A stretch of DNA of 64,000 nt from Octopus bimaculoides (Eukaryota). Location of the stretch: assembly GCF_001194135.2 (NCBI RefSeq), contig NC_068981.1, positions 20,335,429-20,399,428 on the forward strand, read 5' to 3'. This document shows, one piece after another, positions 25,996 to 39,497 of this stretch (within the stretch, counting starts at the first letter, position 1; every line of letters starts with the position of its first letter). Below the pieces are notes generated by a model that was not told where the DNA came from, made no database searches, and saw only the letters and a program-made list of their open reading frames with translations. The translations under genes and the position numbers were made by a program.

Positions 25996-26971
25996 AGCTC
26001 CAGGTCAATTCTTATTGAGCAGACTTATGATCAAAACCATTCCAGTCATGACCATCACATCTTATTTTTGATGTTTAATGTATCCTGACAGCATTATCCA
26101 GGACACACATCTCCTCATTTTTTAAATTATACAACATGATTTCTGAGGGAAATTTGTCTTCTAACTTTAGCAATTCAAGCAACTGTTACTGTTTTGCATG
26201 TGTTGTTTGTTACCAGTTGTTAAATCTATTGTAGCTGATGATGAGAAAGATAATTCGTAACAATGATCTTTTCTAAGAACACAATTTTGACCATATAAAC
26301 ATCACCTTACAATACTTTATAGCAAACTTTTTCTGGATGTTGATGTTATTTAGCTCCAAGTCTTATTGGCTTGTATTTGGTGATGACAGCACAAAGTGTG
26401 TCATCATAATTATCATCATCACCATTCAATACCATCATTATCATAAGTATCACAACTATCATCAGTATTATCACCACCACTACTATCATCAGCATCAACA
26501 CCCACATATCATAAAGCTGAGAGTGGCAACAAAAAGGAACTCACCTCCAACACTACTTCTCTGTAACTAATATAATGATATATAGGTGTCAGAAATATTG
26601 ACAGCTAACTGTTAACTAACTCCAAGTCTGAGACATTTCAAAAAACATCTCGACACTAGCCTTGTCACTTATCCTTCCCCTCGCTATTCTACAATCATGT
26701 TTGTTAGCTCCAGGTATCCCTAGCATTCTAGCTGTGAATATCCTGTATTTCTTGGCGGGGTGGTGGCAACATATCTAGGACTACCCTGTCCTTTGTGCCT
26801 TTCCTCTTTTTAAGATGGTAGTGTGTGGTTTGAGATTTTACTTTTATTTCTAACATGCCCTGCAACTAGAGAGATGTTCCTCCCTGTGGTCACCAACAAG
26901 TAAGTAAAAGTTTCTAGACAGCATTTGAAACTACATTTATGTGTTTGCCAAACATCTCTTCCCTGCAGGTC

Positions 26972-27470
26972 CATCATCATCATCATCATCATTGTTTAAC
27001 ATCTACTTTTCATGCTGGCATGGGTTGGACGGTTTGACTGAAGACTGGTGAACCAGAGGCTGCACCAGGCTCAATCTGTTCTCGCAAAGTTTCCACAACT
27101 GGATGCCCTTCCTAACACCAACCACTCCGAGAGTGTAGTGCGTGCTTTTTACGTGTCACCAGCACGAGGGCCAGTTAGGCGGTTCTGGCAATGACCACGC
27201 TCATGCTCAAAAGGTGTTTTTATGTGCTACCTGCACAGGAGCCAGTCCAGCAGCACTGGCAACGACCATGCTCGAATGTTGTTTTTCATGTGCCACCAGC
27301 ACAAGAATTCAAGGCAATGCTGGCTACGATCATGCTCAAATGGTGCTTTTCACATGTCACCAGCATGGGAGCCAATCTGTGGCCCTAGCAACGGTCACAC
27401 TCAGATGTGCCTTTAACATTCCACTGGCATGAGTGCCAATCAGGTGGTACTGTCATTGGCCATATTTTGG
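26972..27470 (-). mobile_element. RTE-type LINE 3' end
   Basis: (CAT)n tail, catgctggcatgggttggac, ggatgcccttcctaacaccaaccac; reverse match to 15770-16093 with internal repeats. Confidence 0.75.
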
Positions 27471-28659
27471 TTTGTTTACACTTGCCTCAATACGTCTTCA
27501 CAAGCAAAGTTCATTGTCCAATGAATGAGGGGTACTCATAAGTGGCCCAGTTACACCATACCATATTAATAAGTGAAATAATGTATCCGTCTTTTTACTA
27601 TGAAACTCAAGTAGATATTTTAACTTACCTATTCAGTGTTATAAATTATTAGTTCATAGAGCTGTTAAAATAAATATTACATATATTTGCTCTTTATCTC
27701 TAGATTCAGAGAGAAAGACAGGTTTCATAAAAACATTTACATGACTTTCAACATATTTTTATCATCACCAATTTATCAGTTAAGTAATTAGAAACACACA
27801 AGCAACCTAACCATGCTGAAACCTCAAGAAATATTCCACCAGATAAACAAATGTCTTAATATGATTGTTGGCTATAATAATTGTGTATGTGTGTGTGATT
27901 ATGTCAGCATAAGTGAATATTCTGAAATACTTGTATACACACGTACTTGTATAAGTGTATGACGATGTGAGTGTGATGTACAAGTTTACCTAGTGCTTAT
28001 ATGTTCATATGTTTCTATTTCCTTTACAAATTCATTTTTATGACTAAGAGGGGCAGAGATAGTGGTGCCATGGGCGTGTATGTGTGTGTGTGTGTGTGTG
28101 CTGTACACACCATTAGTGTATGAATTTGAGTGTAACATGAATTATTAATTCATGCTTTAAAGAAGCATCACTGAATACTCTACCATTATAATAGATGTAA
28201 TAAATATTTTATCATTGCTATTACATTAGATATGAAATTTGGTAGTGGTAAACGGTGATGTATAAAATTAACCTGTTAATAAGAGGTGGTGATGAGAATA
28301 ATTATCTTTCCTAATTGATTTGCTATGTTAATCTGTATATGATGGATTAAATTGTAGTTTAATAAAATATATTTTAAGAGAGATCTCTAATGTTGGTCTT
28401 GTTTCTTAATGTTCATATGACTTAACAGAGATGCTGTGTGTGTTTATATGTATGAAGAACTGGCTTTTTGTGTTGTGTGTGTGTGTGTCTGTGAGTATGT
28501 ACATTTGTGAGAGAATGGTATGTGAATGTAAGTGCAAGGGATTGGTGAATGTGTGTGAACGAGTGTGTGTGTGGATAAGAACTGTGCCTGTATGTGTGTT
28601 TTGTAGTCTGTGTGTGCATGCATCTATGAGAAATGTGTGAATATTTATGTATCCATGAG

Positions 28660-28702
<43 letters not shown>

Positions 28703-28915
28703 NNNNNNNNNNNNNNNNNNNNNNNNNNNNNNNNNNNNNNNNNNNNNNNNNNNNNNNNNNNNNNNNNNNNNNNNNNNNNNNNNNNNNNNNNNNNNNNNNN
28801 NNNNNNNNNNNNNNNNNNNNNNNNNNNNNNNNNNNNNNNNNNNNNNNNNNNNNNNNNNNNNNNNNNNNNNNNNNNNNNNNNNNNNNNNNNNNNNNNNNNN
28901 NNNNNNNNNNNNNNN

Positions 28916-28984
<69 letters not shown>

Positions 28985-30262
28985 TTTTTTTTCTTAAATT
29001 CTCAATCTCATAGCTCTGCTTCTCATAATTCTAACAATTACAGCTCTAACTATTATATTTCTCACTATCATTGTTTTGTAATTATAACTATTATGGCTTT
29101 GATTCATCACAGCCCTGACTATTATAACTTTATTATAATTTTCACTACAATAGTTTCCACTATCATAATTCTGATTGTTGTAACTCTGACACTCATAGTT
29201 CTTAAATATCAAAGCTCTGATTATCATAATTCTGAAGTTATAACTATGATAGTTCAGACAATCATAGTTCTGATTATGATAGCTCTGATTATTGTATCAA
29301 ATCCTGTCATCTGTTCCCCATATCCGAGCAAATGGTATTTGGACTGTATCATACATGAGAGGTTAACTGTAAATATGTCATCACTTGTATTACACTGCCT
29401 ATATAGCCAACACACTCCACTATGGCATGCTTCCCCTAACTGGAAATAGATAACTGTTCAACCCAGTACTGTAAGTAATAGGCTCACTGTATAATTAGCA
29501 AATCCTTTATTATCTAAATAGTGCTGGTTTTAATTTCTTCTCTCTGTGTAGAGCAAGCATCATGAAGCCCCTGTAGAGCATTCTCCCTAAGGGAATCATT
29601 GTTTTGCAATCACGTACTTTGGAACTGAATTTCACTACACAGCACTTTAGACAAGTGTCTTCTACAATAGCCTTGAAGTAACATCTCAGCTTTGTGAGTG
29701 AGAAAGGTAGTGGAGAGACTGCACTTACGCTTGAGTCTGGGGTTTTTGTAGTAGAGTCCACTCTGTTGCAAGAATTCAAACCAGGGCTCTGGTTACTTCC
29801 ACCAAGCTTGGTAGTGTTAGAAACTAGATCTAGGATGCTACCCTTCTTACTCTAACTAAATCATTACAAAGAATTGGAAAACATTCAGTTTGATCATATT
29901 TTCTCATCCATTTTTCTAAAACATGGATCAATTTCTGACCTCATATAATAGAATAGATATTGTCAGTTTACAATTTCTATCAACTTTGATAACATGTTTG
30001 ATAAAAAAGAAAAAGGTATTGGAGAAAAGATTTTGTTGTGAGTTTCAGTGATTTCACAGCATATTGTTCCATTGAAAAATGGCTCTGTCAAAATGGAAGA
30101 CAAGAATTGTCTTTTACAAAGATTTAAAAAAAAAATTAGTCTTTAATGCTAAACAACAAATTTAACATGTTTTGTGTATGTGAAAGAGAGAAAAAGAGAG
30201 AAAAGGGGTGGAATGTGTTTATGTGTAATGCAAGAGAAGGAATGTTTGTGTGTGTATGTGTA

Positions 30263-30308
<46 letters not shown>

Positions 30309-30837
30309 GTGTGTGTGAGAGAATTTGGGTGTATGTTTTTGTGTAAGAGAAGTAGGGTAGAAAGAGTTTGCATTTGTGTGCATGTCAGGAAGATATAGAG
30401 TTTGTATGTATATATGTGTTCAACAGTATATATGTATGAGAGATATATAAACAGTATAAAATAAACAACAATACTTGTACTGTATTTTATTAATGTTGTA
30501 TTAATTTCTAAAGAAATAAACTCCACTTATTCACTACAATTTTAGATATTAAATTCACTTAAAATTTTCGTGGATTTAATCATTTATTCTACCTAACTTT
30601 AGTAGTTTCTTCAGTACACCAAATGTGTTTAGTAATCAGCATTTATCATTGTCTTTGTTTTAACGTCCACTTTCCTGTGCTTGTATCAGTCAGACAGAAT
30701 TCATTGAGGTAGATTTTCAATGGCTGGATGCCTGCCCTATTTCCAACCCTCACATATTTTCAAATAAGATAATATTTCCCTTGGCCAGTCATGTTTTCAC
30801 AGATGTCAAGACAAGGAAACAAAAAAACAGAGAGAAA

Positions 30838-30875
<38 letters not shown>

Positions 30876-31284
30876 AGAGGCATCTTTCAGTTTTCATCTA
30901 CTAAATCTACTCACAAGGCTTTAATTGGCTCAGGGCCATAGAAGAAGATACTAACACAAGGTGTTATGCTATGGAACTAAACTTGAAACCATGTGGTTTG
31001 GTAAGCAAACTTCTTAACCACACAGCCATACCTGCACCTTTTCAGTATACCAAATCCTGTATTTAATGTTTACAATAATAAAACACTGTGTTTACTTTCC
31101 AGTATGCCCACTATTGTGTTAGCACTTAATACACAAAATATAGTATTTAGTGTTTTACATTTAGTATATCAAATGTTGTGCTTACTGTGTAAAATAATAG
31201 AATTGCATGTGTGAGGGAATGTGAGTGTTTATGTGTTATTTGTGAGAGTATGTGAGTTTGTGTGTGTATGTATGTCATCATCAT

Positions 31285-31477
31285 CATCATCATCATCTAT
31301 CCCTAGCTTCCACGTTTCCCACCAGACAAGGTCAGCAAAAGTCAGAAACAGAGGTTTATTTTTGACCAAGTATTTCTCCTGCAGTTGCCTCACCGAGAAG
31401 ATAGCATCGGTGGTGCTTCTCCCTGACACAAATCCAAACTGCATCTCATCTATGCTAGTTTCTTCCTAATTAACTAA
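31285..31477 (-). mobile_element. RTE LINE reverse transcriptase fragment
   Basis: IDEMQFGFVSGRSTTDAIFSVRQLQEKYLVKNKPLFLTFADL (ORF 31229..31444) is a typical RTE RT motif. It abuts gap 31478-31843. Confidence 0.85.
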
Positions 31478-32482
31478 NNNNNNNNNNNNNNNNNNNNNNN
31501 NNNNNNNNNNNNNNNNNNNNNNNNNNNNNNNNNNNNNNNNNNNNNNNNNNNNNNNNNNNNNNNNNNNNNNNNNNNNNNNNNNNNNNNNNNNNNNNNNNNN
31601 NNNNNNNNNNNNNNNNNNNNNNNNNNNNNNNNNNNNNNNNNNNNNNNNNNNNNNNNNNNNNNNNNNNNNNNNNNNNNNNNNNNNNNNNNNNNNNNNNNNN
31701 NNNNNNNNNNNNNNNNNNNNNNNNNNNNNNNNNNNNNNNNNNNNNNNNNNNNNNNNNNNNNNNNNNNNNNNNNNNNNNNNNNNNNNNNNNNNNNNNNNNN
31801 NNNNNNNNNNNNNNNNNNNNNNNNNNNNNNNNNNNNNNNNNNNGTTGTTCATAGACTGTTGTTAACATCTCTACCACCATAGCCTTAACTATTTCTTCTT
31901 AGATCTTAGTCTCATAGCTCTACCCCTCTTAATTCTGACAATTATAGCACAAGCAACCATATTTTTGATTATCATAATAATTCTAAGTATTACCGTTCTC
32001 ACTATCACAGTTCTAACAATCATAGTTCTGACTATGATATTACTTTTAATGTTTAGCACACTAAATACTTTCCATTGTTTTTAGTCCACCAAATACTGTG
32101 TTTAGTACTTATTTCACCAAACTCTTTATTTAGTGTGAAGTACACCAAATATTGTGTTTAGTGTCCAATAAAATAAAATGTCATCTTTAGTATTTGATGT
32201 TTAGTACATTAAATACTTTGTTTAATGTTTAGTATCACAAATTGTGATATATAAACTAATGTGTAAAATGATAAATGCTGTTTTTTGTATTTAGTATGGT
32301 AAATACTTGCTTTAAAATTCAGTACAATAAATACTGTTCAGTATTCAGCATCTTATATTTCAGTTTCTAATTGTCCAGTTTCAATTTAGAATCATCTCTT
32401 TTTTGAAGCATGGAAACTTCCACCAGTTACTGATACTAATCTATGAAATCAAAAACTAAACTACCTTGTTGCTCTTTTATAG

Positions 32483-32611
32483 GTACGTTTTCTGGGCTGA
32501 CCAAGGAACTAAGCAAATTGAGCGTTCTCAGTTAAATGGTAATCACCGGCGAGTATTAATTGATTCAGATTTGCACTGGCCAAATCAATTGGCAATCAGT
32601 CCTGCCACCAG
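32483..32611 (+). CDS. LRP-like receptor exon A (YWTD propeller blade)
   Basis: Acceptor ttttatAG, donor GTgagt, phase 2 to 2. Translation YVFWADQGTKQIERSQLNGNHRRVLIDSDLHWPNQLAISPAT(R) is a YWTD repeat with the WPN-LAI motif. Confidence 0.93.
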
Positions 32612-34049
32612 GTGAGTTAAATTGTTTTACAAGTGATGTTTGCTGGCAAAGCATACTTTTTTTTTAATACAATTTTCATCCCTTCCTTCCTTCCTCCCTC
32701 CCCCCCTTTCTCTCTCTCTCTCTCTCCTCTTCTCTCACTCTCTCTCTCTTTCTTCACTTTGTCTATTTTAAATACTTGTGGTACCTGAAAATTAGGGAAA
32801 TAAGAAGGAGTACTAGCTGAATGTCATTTGCAATTGCTTTGTGCAACTCACTATTGTAACCAGTTCATTGGACTTTTCTCAACTTCTCTCTGTTCAAACT
32901 TGTAAAGCTAAGATTACAATACTTGCAAGGACAAAATTCTGGGTTTATATAAGGCTAACTCAATAATCTGTAATTCACATATTTCCCTCTTTGATGAAAA
33001 GGACATATCACTGAGCATTCTGCTGCAAGAATGAGAATATCAAGCTAGATGCCCAGTGTGTTAAATATTTATTACCACCAATATTATAATAGTATTTACT
33101 GCTGTCAAGTTAAGATGCTGGATTACTAACTTTGAGATCATAATGCAAACCTTGTTATGGAAATAGTATTTACTCATTACTGATCTGATCTTAAATAGGC
33201 ATCAATTTCTATTTCTTGGCTTTCTCTCTTTTTCTGTAGTATCTGAAGACTCCAGTCCAACATAGATCCTATACATCTCTTATTAAGGTACTAACCACTC
33301 ACATAGCCCTTTCTGTGTTACAAATCTCTAAACCCTTATCCATAGCCTATCTTTGTTGTTCAAATTACACTCTTTATTCAAACTTACCCTAAAATTTCAC
33401 TCTCCCTTGGGTATAAGCAATACTCTAGTTCATCTCTCCCTCTCTACTTGCCCAAATGCATCTATCATTCTTTGAACTCATTCAACTACCAACAGCTCTT
33501 TCACCATATTTCTTCCTGTATTGAGAACATATGCATCACTTTGTTCCCATTTTATTACCTTCAATAATGCAAAGATATTATCATTGCACATTTCAATCAG
33601 AGTGAGACAGAAAGAAGAGGAAAGTTGAGGGAACAGACTAAGAGAAAATGAAGGATAAAGATATCAGGAACTAACATTTTGGTATCTCACACTAACATTC
33701 CTACTCTCCAACCAATCCATTACAACTATCAGTCAGTATATCTTTCTTGAATCCTCCATGACTTATCCCAAGAGGACCTCTGACCACAGATTTTTTTTTT
33801 TTGTCATACTTTGTCATAAATGATTTTGGAATTCTGTGCAAAGCTTCATTTTGAAATAATGATGATGTACCAAGACAGACAAGCATCAATGCTCATAAAA
33901 ATATAGACTTCTCTTCAGTGACAAATAAATTGCTAACAAGATCTGTATACCCATCTCATCTTCCATATCATCTTCGATTTTCATTAGGACTTCTTCACAA
34001 TCTAAGCAATGTTGTACACTCAACACTCACCACTTTACCTTCACCATTC

Positions 34050-34250
34050 ATTCCTATTCATGGCAAAATTAACAGCTTCATTAAATTTAATATTGCCTCC
34101 AGCTAGATCAGCATTAAGTTGGATAATGTCTTTTGCAAAGCTCCTCTAACACATTTAGGTCTGGTAACTTGGTTTATGTAATTCAAAACATTGACCTCCA
34201 TATCATGAAATGACATTATGTCATCTCATATGGTATCATTTTAATCATAG
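34050..34250 (-). mobile_element. Possible decayed LINE C-terminus
   Basis: Minus strand QLNADLAGGNIKFNEAVNFAMNRNEW*R resembles the L..DL......EA...A.DR..WR end of RTE-like ORFs. The match is short. Confidence 0.4.
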
Positions 34251-34942
34251 CCTTATATATCATACTATTTTACTGCACACCATATTAAACTGTACCAACC
34301 ATATCAGGGTTCTATAACCTGTTAATGCTGTATCTTGTATATCATACCAGATCATGATGTGCATTGTTATATACATACCATCATCATCATCATTATCGTT
34401 TAATGTCTGCCTTCCACGCTAACACTATATACTGTTTTAGAATATTTATCTTACTGTATATAATATCATATCTTGCTATATACCATACAACTTTACACAA
34501 CATATCTTGCAATATGCCATTCCACTTCATACAACAGTATACTATTATGTACCATTCCCCTTCAAACAATAAGATATCTTACTAATATCCATACTATTTC
34601 ATACAATGCCACAACTTGCTATGTAACATATTTTTCTGTATATAATTCTAAATCATATAATATAATTCTTTTTTGTTTGCCATATCATTATTCTAGAAAA
34701 TGGTAAAGTTATAATGTATAATATATGATACAATACCATTCCCAATACAAGAACATGTGAAAACAGCCCAGGTGTCTACTCTAACACCAGTTTGTGATTA
34801 AGGGAACATTTAACTAGAAGAATTATTCATAACAAAATAATACAGATATCTGAATAAAGTAATTTTTTTTTAAGTACAAAGCTCTTATTTTCCAATATAT
34901 CTATATACTCCAACATTTATCAACTTGTATTTCTATCCTCAG

Positions 34943-35226
34943 ACGCCTGTATTGGGTCGATGGAATGAACCACATGATCATGTCATGTGACATGAATGGG
35001 AAGAATATAAAGCTGGAGCGGAACACAACAGAGAAAACTGGCAGCAATGTAATATTTGGGCTTGCTTTATCTGGCAATCGAGCCATTATTAGTGTGTGGT
35101 TCCAAGCACGTCTTTATTCAACACTGGTTGTAGCAGCTGCTGCTTCTTGGAAAGTGGAATCAGAAATAATTGGCACAAATGAACTATTCAGTATCATTGT
35201 TGTAGATAGTTCTGTTCAAGCAACAG
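34943..35226 (+). CDS. LRP-like receptor exon B (last propeller blades)
   Basis: Acceptor tatcctcAG, donor GTagag, phase 2 to 1, in frame with exon A. RLYWVDGMNHMIMSCDMNGKNIKLERNTTEKTGSNVIFGLALSGNRAIISVWFQARLYSTLVVAAAASWKVESEIIGTNELFSIIVVDSSVQAT; overlaps ORF 34965..35333. Confidence 0.92.
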
Positions 35227-36692
35227 GTAGAGTTGTTTTTCTTTTTGTTTGTTTGTTTTTGTTCTCTTATTATTCTTTCTTTTGGCTTACGTATACGACA
35301 ATTCTCACTTGCAATGTCTTCATGATTTTTTAAGCTAGGCCTCATCAGCAATTAATGCAGCTTGGAGGGAATAAACCAAAAGGGCATATTACCAGAGATG
35401 TGGCTAGAGAAAATTCAAAGATCCCATTTTCAACAATAGGTCTGTTGATAATTCAGCACATCAGTTACATTAAAAAATCTTTCACCACTTACCTACACTA
35501 TATTTAAAACATCGCTAAATCCATGGTGCTACTTGATAAGCAAGTTTTATTATAGGAAGATCATGACAAGTAAGCCTCTACATGGTCACTTGGTCTGCTA
35601 AAAATAGCACCAAAATACTCCTCAAATTACACTCTGCTATCTTCAAAAGTGGAGAGAATATTACACTTAGATGCACTATATCATAAAATAAGATGGGGTG
35701 GTAATGGCTAGAATGCCTTTGAGTAGAGATCAACTTTATTAGCTGATCTGGGACTAAAACAAACATGGCTGAACACTTGACTGAACCATTGTCATCATCA
35801 TCATCATCATTTAACAACTGTTCTCTATGCTAGCACAAGTTGGATGGTTTTGATAAGAAGCAAAAATCGTTTGACAAGATTCAAAGATGGTTTGACAAGA
35901 TTCATGCTCTAAATGTGTTTTGGCATACTTTCTACTGCTAGATACCATTTCTAACGCCAACCACTTTACAGAGTGTATTGGGTGCTTTTCCATGGTCCCA
36001 CCCCTAGTGAGGTCAACTTGCAAGACTAAAGGAATTAAGGAGTCTCCTATAAGTGGAGGAGTGTCGGAAAGAGGGAGTGTGAGAATGTTATGCAAATTGA
36101 TGAGAAAGGATGAAGTATAATGAGAGGAGCAAATTTATAGCTGTGAGCAGGAAAAAATGATAGCCAGCTCTGATAGTATTATATTGGCCTGAAAATCCAT
36201 CTGTACTGGATTATGTTGTGTGTATACCTGGTTATGGTCTACAAATCACATCCAAATGTCTGCACTGTCATGTGTGTTGAAGTGTTCCTGTATCAAGATA
36301 TATGTTAGTCTTTATGTTTGCCTGTTTCATGCACAATAGCTCTTTATGACAAAAACCATGACCATTGGTTTATACCTGTGTAATATACAGCTGTACATGT
36401 TTATATATGTATGAGATTAAGAAAGAGTTAGAGAGAAATTCTCACACATATATACATACACACACACACTCATATTATACATTGAAATCTAATCTCTGAG
36501 AGTGTGTGTCTGTGTGTGTCTGTGTGTGTCTGTGTGTGTGTATTCTCTAGTGACCTGCTCATTTAGACATTTGCATGAATTGTTAGAGCAAATGTTTTAC
36601 AGTTGGATGACCTCCTAACTCTAACATCTCAACTGTAAAGTGGTAATGTGTATCTACAAATCTACAAATATGGTGTGATTGTGTGTGTGTAT

Positions 36693-36724
<32 letters not shown>

Positions 36725-37198
36725 TGTATGTGTCTGCATGTTTGTGTATGTATGTATATATTTCAGTGTGGCCAGTATGTGAACTGCTGAACTGGTCAGT
36801 AACACAGCATGACCAAAATGCTTCTGAAGCAGAAAATTTTGGTCTTGAAAGATCACTAACTAAACCATGATAGCTGGTTGCTATGACGACCAGAATTATT
36901 TCATCTCAAAGACTTCCAGAAACTTCCAAACCTGCAATGAAGAGATAATTTAAATTTTATTTTTTAAAGATTTTTTTTTTTAAAGTATATTTTCTTTCTT
37001 CTGTGAAACTAAGTATGATCTCATTTTTTTTTCTCATTTTTGAAATATAGTTCCTTCATATATTTAACTTTCTTATTCAATGGTCTATGACAGCTCCAAA
37101 AATATAAGATTCAGGTTCAACACCAACTTGATTCTCTATACTTGTTTAATTGATTGATTGTGTGTATGTGTATAGTTTTGTATATTACCCATGTATAT

Positions 37199-37460
37199 TC
37201 CTGGTGACATGTTGTGTCCTTGAGCAAGACACTTTATTACACATTGCTCCAGACCACTCAGCTGGCAACAATGAGTAGTACCTGTATTTCAAAGGGCCAG
37301 CCTTGTCACACTATGTGTTACACTGAGTCTCCCTGAGAACTACGTTGGGGGTACATGTGTCTGTGGAATGCTCAGTCACTTTCACATTAATTTCATGAGC
37401 AAGCTGTTCTGTTGATCGTATTAGCTGGGACCCTCGTTGTCGTAACTGATGGAGTGCTCC
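37199..37460 (+). mobile_element. 5'-truncated SINE sharing the family A 3' half
   Basis: From ttcaaagggccagccttgtcacac onward it matches family A; the middle differs. 18-bp TSD tatattacccatgtatat at 37181-37198 and 37461-37478. Confidence 0.8.
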
Positions 37461-37534
37461 TATATTACCCATGTATATATATATATAATATACTACTCAT
37501 GTGTGTATATATATATATATATAATATATTACCC

Positions 37535-37575
<41 letters not shown>

Positions 37576-37847
37576 CATGACCCTAGGTCACAAAAGAGGC
37601 ACTCTAAAAGAGAAATAGAATGGTTCCGGACAGCATGTCTGAAGAGTCATTAATATTACCAAGTACAACTGTCAGCACAAAACTGCCAATAACATTCTGA
37701 CTTGTGTGCCATAACCAGTAATATACAACTCAACAATATAAAATGCGTGTGTGTGTGCACGCATGTGTTCTTAATGAAATATTTCTTCATTGTATTAATT
37801 ATTAGAGTAATGTTTCTAATTTCACTTTTTTAAAATTATTTTCATAG

Positions 37848-37985
37848 TTTACCAACATCCATGCAGTCAACCAGGAAATGGTGGCTGTTCTCACCTGTGC
37901 ATGCCAAAAGGAGGTATCAAATATATATGTGTTTGCCCATCGTTTGGAGGTTTGGCTCTTTCCAAAGACAAAAAGACATGTGAAG
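37848..37985 (+). CDS. LRP-like receptor exon C (EGF-like module)
   Basis: Acceptor ttttcatAG, donor GTaaac, phase 1 to 1. (V)YQHPCSQPGNGGCSHLCMPKGGIKYICVCPSFGGLALSKDKKTCE has 6 Cys in the LDLR post-propeller EGF pattern (NGGCSHLC...C.C...L..D.KTC). Confidence 0.95.
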
Positions 37986-38508
37986 GTAAACCATCACCGG
38001 TCATAATGTAGTTGATATTGATTTACCTTTTTGCATGTGTGTATGTTAGTGTGTTGTGTGTTTATACAAACATTTGTGTCAGCCTGTGTTTTTATATGTG
38101 TCTGCATATCGTTTGTGTATGACTGTGAATATCCATGTGTTCCTCTGTGTATATTTGCATAAACTGTCCAACCCATGCCAGCATGGAACATGGATGCTAA
38201 ATGATGATGATGGTGATGAGGATGATTTCATATATTTCTTTGTGTATATTCTATGTATATTTGTGTGTGGAGTGTATATTTTCATGAATGTATTTCTGTA
38301 TATGTATCTGCATGTATGTTTGCATTGATGTCCATGCCTATGGTTTGTGTGTGTGTATGCGAGTATATTGTTATTGTTGGATCGATTATTCTTGAAACAT
38401 GTTTCCATTAGCATTTTGAACTTATTTAAAGGTTTTCACAACAGCAATGTTTGACAAGTCTTTTCTGTAACTGTAAGGAAGACATCTGTGTGTGTGGGGG
38501 GGGGGGGT

Positions 38509-38566
<58 letters not shown>

Positions 38567-39106
38567 GTGTGGATGAAAGCCCACTGGAACTGAAACCTCC
38601 ACATTGCTCTAGCATTCTGAGTTCAAATTCTTATTTCTTTATTGCCCACAAGGGGCTAAACAGAGAGGGGGACAGACAAGGTTAGACAAAGGGATTAAAT
38701 CAATTACATTTCGCCCAGCGTGCTAATATTTCTGCCAGCTCGCTACCTTTCTTGTTTATTACATATGCGTTCAAATTCAAATTCTGAGTTCAAATTCTAC
38801 CAAGGTCATCTTTATCTTTCATCCATCTAGTGCTGATAAAATGACGTACCAGTCCAAGGCAGTGGATTGGCAGAGTTATTAGAAAATCAATCAAGCTGTT
38901 ATGTGGTATCTGTTGCATCCTTTTGCATTCTGAATTCTCAAGTGGTAGACAACCAGTTTAATGCTGCTATCTAGAACTTGGATGCTTTTAGTGGAACTCA
39001 CTCGTGCAAACATTTGAGCTAGTCATACCACTAATCTCAGAGGCCTTGAAGAATATAGAATTATAGGTGCTGCCTTTCTCTTCCTGATCAAGTCATAGAA
39101 ATATTA

Positions 39107-39497
39107 CAGGCACAGGCATGGCTGTGTGGTAAGAAGTTTACTTCCCAACCACATGGTTCTGCGTTCAGTTACACTGCATGGCACCTTGAGCAAGTATCTT
39201 CTGCTATAGCGTTTGGCTAACCAAATCCTTGTGAGTGAATTTGATAGATAGAACCTAAAAGAAGCCCATAATGTGCATGTGCGTGTGTGTATTTTTGGTT
39301 GTGTTTGTCCCCACCACCACATGACAACTGGTGTTGGTTTGTTTACATCCCTGTAACTTAGTGGTTTCACAAAAAGAGACCAAAAGAAGAAGCACCAAGC
39401 TTTAAAAAATTAAGTACTGGGATTGATTTTTTCAACTAAAACTTTCAAGGTGGTGCTCCAGCATGGTCACAGTCTAATGACTGAAACAAGTAAAAGA
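39107..39497 (+). mobile_element. Diverged SINE, family B
   Basis: Same head (tggctgtgtggtaag...caccttgagcaagt) and tail (gactgaaacaagtaaaaga), more substitutions. Confidence 0.75.
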
